DNA of 64,000 nucleotides, taken from assembly GCA_951406725.2 (NCBI GenBank), contig OX597815.1, forward strand, positions 198,400,001-198,464,000, given 5' to 3'. This document shows, in pieces, positions 12,707 through 24,352 of the stretch (position 1 is its first letter; each line of letters opens with the position of its first letter). This DNA is from Octopus vulgaris. Lineage: Eukaryota. Made by a program: the position numbers and the translations under genes. The notes beneath the pieces were generated by a model. The model had not been told where the DNA came from, made no database searches, and saw only the letters and a list, made by a program, of their open reading frames with translations.

Positions 12707-14572
12707 TCAGCTCAACTGACGAAAGCATAGCCTTGCCTAAGCCGAATGAACTTAAAAACCTTGTGAAATGTTTTTTCCCTTGATCTGAAGAAAGCAAAAC
12801 AGAAAGACGTAAAGTCCTTATTGCGACTATATCAATTATTCAACAGTTTTATAAGAACATTTATAAGTTATTTCACAATACATCTGATTTAATCACCTCT
12901 CAGTATCGACAATATCAACGTACCGTTTCATTTTCTTGGGGTGATAAATTAATCACCAATCAATTATTGGTACCAATATAGTTAACCGTGCTTCTCCGCT
13001 ATATTTCAGATCGTGAGCCAACATTACTTATAGATATTTCTTGTCTCTTTCTCAAATTATTGTCAACTACAAAAACCTAGGTTGATCTCTCAAATAGAAT
13101 CACAATAGCAACTTATAAGTGAATATAACTAAAAATAGTTGATCAAAAATATTTTGCAGCAAGATATTCTTAATAGAGAATACGACCATCCAAATTCGAA
13201 TTATCGTTGTGATTTAAACTTTCTATAGAACTAAAGAAATTCATTGGCATTTAGTCTTCCATGTTTAATTTCCGGTTGAAACAACAAAACTACTATGTAC
13301 AGAGACATATATCTAGCAAGAATAGAAACGCTGCAATCTTTAATTTATACTCAGCTCTAAAAAAATGGCTTCTAAAGCTAATATTTATTAAATGGCGGTG
13401 AAAAGTAATTTTATCACATATCTTAGTCTATAGAGGGGAAACGCTTGAGTGGATTATGTATAATACAACCACTTCATTGATCATATATTCTACATCATTG
13501 CTTGAGTTTCGTTATGTTTTTGATTAGACCAGGTGATTTTACTCGCCTCAGTTCTCTTAGATGTTGGCAGAAGTGCTGACCATCCACTAATAGATGCATT
13601 CGTTCATAAAATATCACGCAATTGAATATATTTATTACATTAAGCCCCCAGCGTATAAAAGTGTTTGTTGTTTTAGTATATAAACTAACTTGCTTCCTTA
13701 TTCGGTACGAACACGTCTTCTTCTAAAATATTCATTATAAAAATTCTTAAATCATTTTGAGGACAAAACTAATTTATTTTAAATTAAGAAAATCCAAATT
13801 CGACAAAATTTATTCCTTATTATTATTGGTAATTTCTCTCTCGTAGAAAAGTGATTAAATATTAAATAGACGTCTAGGACATCGATATCGTATACGAATC
13901 TATAAAATTTTCACAAACACAACACCCACGATAAGAAAATCTTATATTTAATGATATTTTAATTTAATGTTGATCGACACATTAAAAATAGTTGTTACTG
14001 CTATTGTTGTCAGTTATCCACAAAATAACATTGATGAATAATTATCCAAGCCTCTAATGAAGAGCCATTACGCTTTAAATATTCCGTCACCTTCATTACA
14101 CGAATCAAGTAATATATTAATAAATTAATCAATTTGTTTTGTCGAGGTTGCTAGCAGTTTCATTTCAGTGCAATATCTATGAGGCTATTAGACTTCGTAC
14201 AAAATCCTCATTTCAGCAATCTCGAATGCCAGTTTATTTCCACTCGCCAGATATTGGTGACCGACAAAGTTTTGATTATATACATAAACCATATCTTGAT
14301 TAGAACGCAAATGATTAACAATGTGATGGAATCTTCATTCATGTTTGCAGAAATTAAAACATTTGTCATCTAATATATCAATTGTAATTGAAATGAATAT
14401 ATCGTGAGAAACATCAGGATAACATATATATCACTTATTATTTTGTGAAATAGAAATTTATTTTCTATATTGGACGATAAGCAATAGAAAACTGAGATAC
14501 GATGTATTGGCGAAAATATGACATATCTTGATTAACACTTTAGCTGATCAATTACTGACAAAGCGTTGACAT

Positions 14573-15017
14573 CTCCTAATCAGGACTCACACCATTAGCC
14601 ACAAAGAATAATCTCTAATTCGAGCTTGCTCTTAGCTACTAAGAATGCGTGTGGCAACTTGTAGATCCACCCACCACACGCGATAGACTAGCGGTCGCAC
14701 GGGCGCGAAAGCTACGTTGTTATCCTCATTCCGTAAACGATGGCTGAAACATCCTGGGGTACTGAGGATTTGCAATCTAGACTAGGGTCTGAAAGTCTTA
14801 CCATGGTTACACCATGGTTCTTCTGCTTTGTGGCTGAAGTAGAGAGAAAGCTGTGCTGAAAGAATACAGCGGGGTTCACCACTACCCGCCGCTGGAGCCT
14901 CGTGGAGCTTAGGAGTTTTTGCTCAATAAACACTCACAATGCCCGGTCTGGGAATCGAAAACGCGTTCTTACGAACGCGAGTCCGCTGCCCTAACCACTG
15001 GGCCATTGCGCTCTCAC
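14573..15017 (-). mobile_element. SINE family C head with a unique ~290-bp tail
   Basis: Head gcgcaatggcccagtggttagggcagcggac...ttcgattcccagacc is shared with 27480-27862 and 45052-45369. 12-bp TSD aagcgttgacat at 14561-14572 and 15018-15029. Confidence 0.85.
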
Positions 15018-15515
15018 AAGCGTTGACATTATTATGTCAAGTCTCATAGACAGGTGGCCGTCCCACAATTTTCCACGTGGCTAAGGGTCTAGATTGTGCA
15101 CTATATCATTCTGTTTCAAAAATAATGTGGTACGATATGAGAGAGAATCTGCTGCTATTTCTATTCATTCGAACAGTCTGCGTAAAGGCTTCCACGTTGA
15201 GGGATTATGTGCAAGTATCATTGGTTATCGTTTCTTTTAACCATCACATAAATAGGTTTAACTGAGTAAAATAATCAATACCGCATTATATTTCATCAAC
15301 GATTTGTTTCTGAATTGAGAGCAATAATTAATTCGTTGTCACACAGTGAATAATTGCCTGATATAATATACTCATCACTATGCGATATTGATAGAAAATA
15401 CATTATACAAGGCTCACACGTATATTCAAATTCCATCTACACTGTCTCCCTCTCTCTCACGTGTATATATGTATGGATATATATGTGTGTGTGTATGTAT
15501 GAATGTATATATGTA

Positions 15516-15545
<30 letters not shown>

Positions 15546-15548
<3 letters not shown>

Positions 15549-15843
15549 ACATAAGGGACTAAAGCCATCTGAATATGGCTAGGGACAGGGCAGGGTGGTG
15601 GGGGTGTTACTGTTGCATTTAGCCCCAGGCGAACATCGACGTCACCAGAAAGGCTCGACACCGTCACGGTGCCCTTAACCTGCAAAGGGAGGTAATCTGG
15701 TGACGTCGATGTTCGCCTGGGGGCTAAATGCAACAGTAACACCCCCACCACCCTGCCCTGTCCCTAGCCATATTCAGATGGCTTTAGTCCCTTATGTTAT
15801 TGAGCAGTTACTGTCTATATCTCTTTTAGAGAATTATTATTGC
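15546..15843. mobile_element. GC-rich fold-back mini-element between (TA)n tracts, no hammerhead
   Basis: Arms 15546-15649 and 15696-15800 are almost perfectly inverted. The 46-nt spacer is structured, and an unpaired tail runs 15801-15843. Confidence 0.8.
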
Positions 15844-15959
15844 TATATATATATATATATATAGATATATATATATATATACTATGTATACACATATGTA
15901 TATATATTACATTTATATATATATACTCGTACATATGCATGTGTGTATGTATGTGTATG

Positions 15960-15998
<39 letters not shown>

Positions 15999-16002
<4 letters not shown>

Positions 16003-16238
16003 GAAATGAAGAAAATGCTGACAAATAATTGAAGTAATTTAAGTAATTTAATTAGGTGAAAGTTCTTTTTACGGTTGCGCATTTGTTATGCTTATCAATA
16101 TTTTGATAAGCATAACAAATAACCGTAAAAGAACTTTCACCTAATTAAATTATTAAATTACTTCAATTATTTGTCAGCATTTTCTTCATTTCCTTTTTAT
16201 ATATCACCACTCGTGTTCGACATCTCCTTTTTTTAAAT
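15999..16238. mobile_element. Fold-back mini-element between (TA)n tracts with a decayed hammerhead
   Basis: Arms of about 100 bp centred near 16100, tail 16200-16238. The minus strand reads tTGATAA-gcat(aacaa)atgc-GCAAC-cGTA, a mutated CUGANGA...GAAAC...GUA core. Confidence 0.72.
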
Positions 16239-16369
16239 ATATATATATATATATATATATATGAATGTATGTATGCATATACAGTTATATATGTATTAAT
16301 ATTTTTCTAGAAGGGATGGCTGGTCTTTAAGAGAAATACAAGAGCTTCATCGTCGGAATCCGGATAATA

Positions 16370-17210
16370 AAGCAAGTATGCCACTTACAGATGCTTTTGC
16401 AAAAAATCTGTTATCTGTTTCTTTGTTTCTTTGTTTCTCTAACCTATCTTTTCAACATTTTAGTTTGTACGTTTTATAACATAACGTTGTGAACTAATAG
16501 TAATTGAATTTAAATTTATCACCGGTGCAACTTTTATGATTGTACAAGACTGAACTTTTATGGATGTACAAGGTAACATTTCAGGGCCCAATAAATATGT
16601 GAGCTCTTGAATTTGAACCTAGTAGAATTGTTGATAGGAATGTTCCGTGAATATTTTTGAACGACTATGTGTGTACGTATTCCATAGGATACGTGTATAT
16701 GTTTCATACAACCCAGGGTAGTGCTTTCTACAGATTATACTACATATTGTTTAAGCAAGATTATTTCTCAGTCGAAGTCAATATCTCGATGACATGTTTG
16801 AACAGCTACTGAATACAAGTGTAATGTTCTATACAGAACAGTGACTTAATTGACACTTGCCTGTTACATCTTCGGCTTTAAGGTTTTGCCGTTCCGTTTG
16901 TCATGTGGTATTCTGCAGCTATTTCCTGCTTTTGGATTCCAGAAGCATAGCCTTCGAAGTGTGAAGTGATGTAGCAATCACAAATCCAAGAAAGGCTACA
17001 TTTCATTCTAAAATTGTTATACATTTCGTGTTTGTGGAAAATATCAGCGTTCATAAATTTCTTGTAAACGAAATGTTCATCGTTCAGAGAATTTTGAAGA
17101 TATGTAAGAACTACGTTTCTAGGTTCTTATGAAAGATTATCGGGAAATGAATGTATCTTGAAAAGTCTACAGCCGACCCTCAGGACATGGTCTACTCCAT
17201 TTGCTGTTTT
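16370..17210 (-). pseudogene. R4/Dong-like (RLE-type) non-LTR retrotransposon C-terminal relic
   Basis: Minus-strand SLSWICDCYITSHFEGYASGIQKQEI and KCQLSHCSV*NITLVFSSCSNMSSRY*LRLRNN resemble the EG...AIQEQ, KCRLC...HI.S.C and RHD motifs. Many stops and frameshifts. Confidence 0.65.
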
Positions 17211-17239
17211 TCGTTGGAATATGTATCTTTTATTGCTAT

Positions 17240-17392
17240 GCTAGAAATGGCAGCCAAAGCGTGACTCCGAAACCGTATCAAGTTTTATTATAGAACAAGA
17301 GGAGAAGACATATAGACACATAAACTAGTAAATATGCTAGTTTATGAATACTTGGTGTGTTTCGGAGTCAGGCTTTGGCTGTCATTTCTAGC
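17240..17392. mobile_element. MITE-like short inverted-repeat element
   Basis: Imperfect ~44-bp TIRs gctagaaatggcagccaaagcgtgactccgaaac / gtttcggagtcaggctttggctgtcatttctagc, with an inner hairpin cataaactag...ctagtttatg. Confidence 0.6.
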
Positions 17393-17511
17393 TTGATGGG
17401 TTTCTAAGATACCCTCAAATATAATTTTAATAATATTTACTACCTATATTTTTTTCTTCCCAAGCTGACCACCTTATATGATCGTTATTTTAAATAATGG
17501 TCTTAACCTTA

Positions 17512-17569
<58 letters not shown>

Positions 17570-17586
17570 CAAAGTATATGACAAAG

Positions 17587-17623
<37 letters not shown>

Positions 17624-18390
17624 GGGTGAACACAAACAGGAAGGGAACGAAAGACCTATGATGATTGACATATGAAATAAAATAGAGATTCAACATAAAA
17701 GCAAGCAAAAATAGACCAAATATAAAATATTAAAGATAAAGTCTTGCATTCGACGGAACAATTTGAAAAAGTAAACACAACGGAAATTAATCTGTGTGAA
17801 AGCCATCAAAACAGTAGAGCCATCCATCACATCATGATTAAATTGTATCAATTGTTCTTTGATGAGAAGCTTCTGGCAAGCATTAGAGATATTGTTATTT
17901 CTTAAATTGCCTTTAATTCAACTGTGTTAATCTCCTATGATCCCATACCAATGACGTGACAGAATTTTATTCATGTCAATAACTACCTTTCAGAATTCCC
18001 AAGTTACTAGTTTGAAGCATTTATAAGGCTATTACTGTGTATACATACATTCCTTGATATGTCTGAATGTGTGTATGTTTGATTGTATGTATGTTTGTAT
18101 GTTTTTATTTTTCTCAGTTTGTGTGTGTGAGAGCGAGTGTATGTATAAATGCGTGCTTTCTGTTACAATTTGGTGTATTGACCATTCAGCTCCTCAGGGG
18201 ATTTCGTTTCTGTCTTTTTTTTTTCAAAAAATATAAATGATCTAAACATCATATATTTAATCGTTCACCCTTTTAAATTTCAGAAGCTCTTACCAGATAT
18301 TTTCCTAGATATGGCAATCAATGTGTGCGTATAAATTAAGGAGCTACATTAATTGTACAACGATCCGCGTCCAACAAAATTTTGATCATC

Positions 18391-18622
18391 TGTTTCTTTA
18401 TTACCCACAAGGGGATACACATAGAGTGGACAAACAAGGATAGACAAACGGATTATGTCGATTACATCGACCCCAGTGCGTAACTGGTACTTAATTTATC
18501 TACCTCGAAAGGATGAAAGGCAAAGTCGATCTCGGCGGAATTTGAACTCAGAACGTAACGGCTGACGAAATACGGCTACGCATTTCGCCCGGCGAGCTAA
18601 CGGTTCTAACAGCTCGCCGCCT
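18391..18622 (-). mobile_element. SINE family A monomer
   Basis: Full head and body. 22-bp imperfect TSD gtccaac.a.attttgatcatc at 18369-18390 and 18623-18644. Confidence 0.9.
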
Positions 18623-18754
18623 GTCCAACCATATTTTGATCATCAACGATGCACGTTTTCGAAATGGCTATTACTAAGCCTGAGGGTGAGAGGCATGTAT
18701 CGGACAGGTACCATTCGGTCCTATGTGTCATAGCAATTTTATTTTATTTCAGGT

Positions 18755-19097
18755 GAAGCATGGTGCTGTGGACGAGAGAGTATTGCGTGTTTACCAACAA
18801 CAGCTACCTGAGTTTCGGCGCCACTTCAATATTCACAAAAATCAGGCTGTTCTCACCCGTAGCTCAATATTACGTTGGGTGAATGCACTTCGTACACGGA
18901 GTACACAAATGAATATGAGTCAGGTGGGGGCGCCACGAACGGTACGGACCTCGGAAAATGTGGAACGCGTCAGACAAGTTTTGATACGGAGTCCGAATCG
19001 CTCTGCTAGGAGGAATTTCACTACACATGGCATTAGTAATTGATCAGTAAGGCATATTTTGCATCAAGACCTGCATTTCCACCCGCACAATTTGATC
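18755..19097 (+). pseudogene. Tc1/mariner-superfamily transposase N-terminal relic (DUF4817-type HTH)
   Basis: FRRHFNIHKNQAVLTRSSILRWVNALRT...GAPRTVRTSENVERVRQVLIRSPNRSARR...SVRHILHQDLHFHP has the G.PR, RT.EN, SP..SARR and IL..DL.F.P motifs. Interrupted and lacking the catalytic domain. Confidence 0.8.
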
Positions 19098-19442
19098 ATG
19101 CTAACGTTTCTGCCAACTCACCGCGTTTCTATACATTTGTATAACAAGATAAAGTAACGTGGCTTTTCTCTGAGATCCGTGTGTATATTTTAGGTTCCTG
19201 CAGCCAAATTCTCTTTATCAAATTATTTTACCTTGTATAATCGATAATACTACCAGTGTTCTCTCAATGCTTTTTATTTTATCTTTATTGCAGGTTCCGT
19301 GTGACAATAGCTTATTCATAAGTTTCTAAAACTATTGACAAAGTAACAACTCTATGCAAATCAGATTATGAAAGCGTCAATATATATTACATGTATATGT
19401 GTGTGTGTGTATGTGTGTGTATAATGTCCATATGTATATATA

Positions 19443-19479
<37 letters not shown>

Positions 19480-19594
19480 TATATAGAAGGAGCTTCTACA
19501 GGACTAGAACTGTTTCATTCAAGAGAAATCTTCTTACTCTGCTATGTATTGAGTACCTTATTTACTGCGGTTAACCCCGAATCAACCCGGGACC

Positions 19595-19644
<50 letters not shown>

Positions 19645-19648
19645 CATA

Positions 19649-19733
<85 letters not shown>

Positions 19734-19753
19734 AAGAGAGAGAGAGATGTATG

Positions 19754-19801
<48 letters not shown>

Positions 19802-21548
19802 CACATACACATATACACATACATATTATACAGACACACATACATGCATACATACATATTTATATGACTGCTTGTTTTCGCTTTCTCTTAGTTTAATAAT
19901 ATAGTTTCTAGTAACTATATTACTGGATTTTTGATTTTTGAATTATTTTTGAATTTTTTTTAGCATCTCACATTCAGAACTGTTATTGTGGCAGTATATT
20001 AACTGAAAGGGAGTATACAAACATATGTATATATCAATGAATGAATCAATCAACCAATCAATCAATATATGTATCTATCTATGTCTCTCTCTCTCACTTT
20101 CTTTCACTGTTTTTCTGTATGTGTGTGTGTGAGTGTGTGCATATCTACATAGCGTAGCTTCTTTAGTATGCCGATCCCCACACAATTTTTTTTCGAAAGT
20201 ATTAATTATAACGCTTACCTAAGTCAAAAATGAAGCGTCTAATTTCTTTTGCACATCATGCACAGGTCAGAGCAATGGCAATTTTTTTTTTTCGCGTTGC
20301 ATAACCGCAACTGTTTTTCTTTCTTCCAGTAAGATGTTCAGAGAACGATATAACAAGATACATTTATGCTAATACAGCGAAGCCGTGTCGTATTGACATA
20401 CGATATTTAGGTGTGAAAACTCTGTATGTAATAAAGATAAGGTACTTCTATTTTCGATAATATGAACACTAACCAATGTTACTTAGCTCTAATCTAAGAG
20501 CCTTACTATACAAATAAGAAATAGATACATAAAATTACTGATTATATTTGATAGTATGCTGTCGGTATAGTCAGATATATAAAGAATATATGTTTATTGG
20601 CGCTGAGGCTGTTCATTTAACGATGTTTGATATACTGAAACAAATTCCACCTACCAGTTGATTAACATTTCAACAAAGATTGCTTCGGATGTGAAGATTC
20701 AGTAATTACTAATGTTATCCCAATAAGACCACGCAACACAGAATAAGCTTTACTAAAATTTATAATATGCATTTACCACTTCACTCATCGCAGTTGAAGA
20801 CAGCTTAACTCTGATAATTTTCTTTTAATCCATTCAAACAAGATTACTGCTTTGCCTGATCCGTTTAAAATCTCTACCATGTTCATCTACATTTTCATAT
20901 TTTGCTTTTCCTGGTGATATATTTTTTTTTAGCAGTTAGTCAAAGATGAGTAAGCAGATATATGATCAGAGGCCTTAATCAGATGTAACAATCTTAGCAT
21001 GGTGTATATCATAGGACTATAAAGACTATTGTGGCCTTCATTTTTCAAACGATTTAGGAAATAAATAATCCATTTAGTTAAATCTCTCTTACATGGTTCT
21101 GCTCGTTCTTCTAGCAATAAATGTTATAAATGCACAGATAGTATAAGCAAACGCGTGTTACTATAGTTCTCCCTTTTCTGGCTTCTCAGATTTCTCTTGT
21201 TATGATAAGCATAAATAACATTAAAAAATTACTGTCAATGTATTTCGTAAACATTCACATATTCAATGGTTTGGTTGGCTACGTTTAAGTAACAAAGGAA
21301 CTTGTTTTACGCATTCGATTTTCAGTCGCATCTGCATCATCTGTTCTGCTTGCAGTGGCAGACGTACTGCTGAACAGGTTCCTTAGAAAATTTCCTACCA
21401 TAGTTTTCCACAAATTTTATTTAGCAGTTCATCAGAAATACCGAGAGCAAGATAGTGATCAAACTTGTTACTATCGTAATTCCATATGTAGAACGAGTTT
21501 ACTCTCGAAACCGAGTTGACAAACACCACCGCCAACACCAGTATCACA

Positions 21549-21612
<64 letters not shown>

Positions 21613-21676
21613 GTCTGTCTGTCTGTCTATCTGTCTGTCTGTCCATCACTCTCTCTCTCTCTCAATCTCACATACT

Positions 21677-21710
<34 letters not shown>

Positions 21711-22049
21711 CGTTTATGGATTTGGTTTGCAAGATTCTTTATGTGAGTTCGTGTGTTGAAGCATATTCTGTCGTGTCTGGGGAAAGTCATTTTCTTTTTG
21801 TGCCTTATAATGTAACACACTCACCGGTAAAATTTCCACATATTTCTTATTTTTATTTTCTTAAAATTTTTGTTGCGTCTTGCAACATTTTCAATAGTTT
21901 TGATTCTGTCCCTGTCTTTAACGATATATTTTACCTGAGTCGTTTAGTTCTTTATAACTATTTTCGTGTGATATTCACATATGTTTTCTAAAACCTCGTT
22001 AGGTCGATCCATTCAGTAATATTTCGAGTATTTCCATTATAATAGAAAC

Positions 22050-22400
22050 CTTGTTACGAAAATGCAATTGGAAATGTCTTGGAGTAAATGATGTGAAGCA
22101 TTTTCGGAATGAATATCTGAAAATATCATATATCCAACCTACGGCGAGATGCTTTAATAAAACAAAAAGTGCATCCTCAAAGCTTCAAGATTGTAAAGAA
22201 AAGATGAATGAGCCTCAAGACTATAGGTCCATTACACTAATCTGAAATGACTAACGAACACTGATTTGGACACTAAATAAAAATTTATAGCAACAAACTC
22301 GGCTGAAAACATTTGAGGAAACATGTAACAGGATGAGTTGTAGTACGGTTGCTATAGAATATGATACATGAAAAGAGTACTGCAAGCATTAAGACAATTG
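22050..22400 (+). pseudogene. Degenerate non-LTR reverse transcriptase fragment (R4/RTE-like)
   Basis: NWKCLGVNDVKHF...EPQDYRSITLI resembles NWKAPGPD and YRPITCL from RT domains 0-1. Confidence 0.5.
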
Positions 22401-23497
22401 CCGAAACAACTGAAGATGTTTCAAAACAATTTTACTTTTTTCTACGAAGCGACATTACAGCTTGGATGAGAAAACTGTTATAACTTAGTTGTAAGAAACT
22501 AAATACTCAATGAACGTCGTATTTTAGACTATTAATTTCAACTTTAAAGAAGACTCTTTTTTTTCTGTCTTATTGACACTTAGACTATATTTCGATCATT
22601 TTGTTCTCCGATTTCATCGATTTCTTATTCCTGGATATCTACACGCTTCTATCTTTAAAAATGAGGTTAATAGTCCAAAAATTATAATATTATTGATTTA
22701 TAACATAGGCGCAACGCCAAAAACTTTGGGTAAGGAGTACAGTCGATTGCATTGAACTTAGTACTTCACTACTACATATTTTATCGACTTCTGACTGATG
22801 AAAGGCAAAATTAATCTAGGCGGGATTTGAAAAGGAAGTATAATAAATATTCATTTAAGCATTTACTTTAAAAGCATTCCGTGCGATGTATTTTTTATTT
22901 AGTTTTTTATTTTTACTAGAAGTATATTCACCACCAAGCGGTGCATGTAACATAAATATTACAGGGAGAGACGGAAACAGAAAGATGGATAGATAGATAG
23001 AGAGAGAGAGAGATCGATAGATAGATAGACAGACACATAGATAGACAGATACATAGATAGGTAGATACATAGATAAATAGATAAAGGGAGGGAAGGAGGG
23101 AGAGAGAGTGTGAGAATAATAAATCTGTTGAAAGAAGAAAGCAATTAATTTCACATCCGTTGCTATATATCTTTGGAGACACATGATCGACATATGTGTT
23201 GAATGCACTTATTAGACGATATTAATATTATTTGAACTGCCAGCCATAATTTAAACGCTAGTAAAATTTATATTCGTATTACAAAGTCGGACTGTATACG
23301 AAACTATCCAGTAATTTAAATGTTTCTATCAAAGAAATAGATGCAAAAGGCAAATATGTATCGCAGAGAAGCCTTGTATATGATTTACGTTAGAGGTCAG
23401 TAGAATTTGTTCCGAATATCTTGACTGTTTTTATTCAACATATATAATGAGCAATTGAATGATATATATGTATATATATGTATGTATATATATATAT

Positions 23498-24100
23498 TAG
23501 ATAGCAAAAGTAGGGAAAATATCATGAAAAGTCACAGCAGAGTTGAATCCATAATATAAACAGTATTGTATTAATAAATAGATATATAAAGTATAATTAT
23601 GACCATTTAAGTATAGGTCTGAGGGATCTTACGATTGTTTCATGAATATACTACCTTACGAAATGATATCCAAAGTTGATAACCATTATTAAGAAGTATA
23701 TGCACTCGTCAGAGAAAAGGATGAATTTCAGTGTAGAACATCGACTGATAGGGACGCTATTTAAAATCGTATGATAAAGGTGTTTTATTTTACATTTATG
23801 GATTACATACTGAAGAGAAAAGAATTATGGGATTTCTATCTACACACAGCCATTACGGATTCTTTAGCCCAAATTTATACCAATATAGATCTATACCACT
23901 ACAATTTTAAACAGCACCTTTATCGTACGAATTTCAATGACATCACTATCATTCGATTTATTACACTGAAATTCATCCTCTTCTCTGAGGAATTGATATA
24001 CTTCCTAATGATAGTTAACAACTTTGGATTTCATTTCGAAAGATAGTATGATCATGAAACGATCGTAAGATTTCTCCAAACTCATTTTGATTATCATAGT
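23498..24100. mobile_element. Old diverged fold-back element with hammerheads in both arms
   Basis: Inverted arms about 23622-23790 and 23910-24075. Minus strand 23627-23715: tct-CTGACGA-gtgcatatac...gtatattcat-GAAAC-aatc-GTA-aga. Plus strand 23982-24070: tct-CTGAGGA-...-GAAAC-gatc-GTA-aga. Confidence 0.78.
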
Positions 24101-24149
24101 TATATATATTTTATATATTTTATATTTTATTTATTAATACAATATTTTT

Positions 24150-24352
24150 TTCTACAGGGTCCGAAATGTTTTGGGGAGTGGGGCAGTCGATTATATCGAC
24201 CTCAGAATGCAACTGGTACTTGATTTATCAAGCCCGAATGGATGAAAGGCAAAGTCTACCTCGGCGGTATTTGAACTCAGAACGTAAAGACCGACGAAAT
24301 ACCGTTAAGCATTTCGCCCTGCGCGCTAACGTTTCTGCCAGCTCGCCGCCTT
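24150..24352 (-). mobile_element. SINE family A, short-tail variant
   Basis: Head and body match SINE A; the 3' end is the alternative ccccaaaa...tc/ggcc tail. A degenerate copy also lies at about 22700-22830. Confidence 0.85.

Noticed and set aside
15640-15685. Twister-like TAA...GC...GGT-GTC-GAGCC...GAC pattern on the minus strand
   Set aside because: P2 would be only about 2 bp and the homologue at 47555-47651 lacks the pattern, so a twister call is unsupported. The motif is kept as unassigned.
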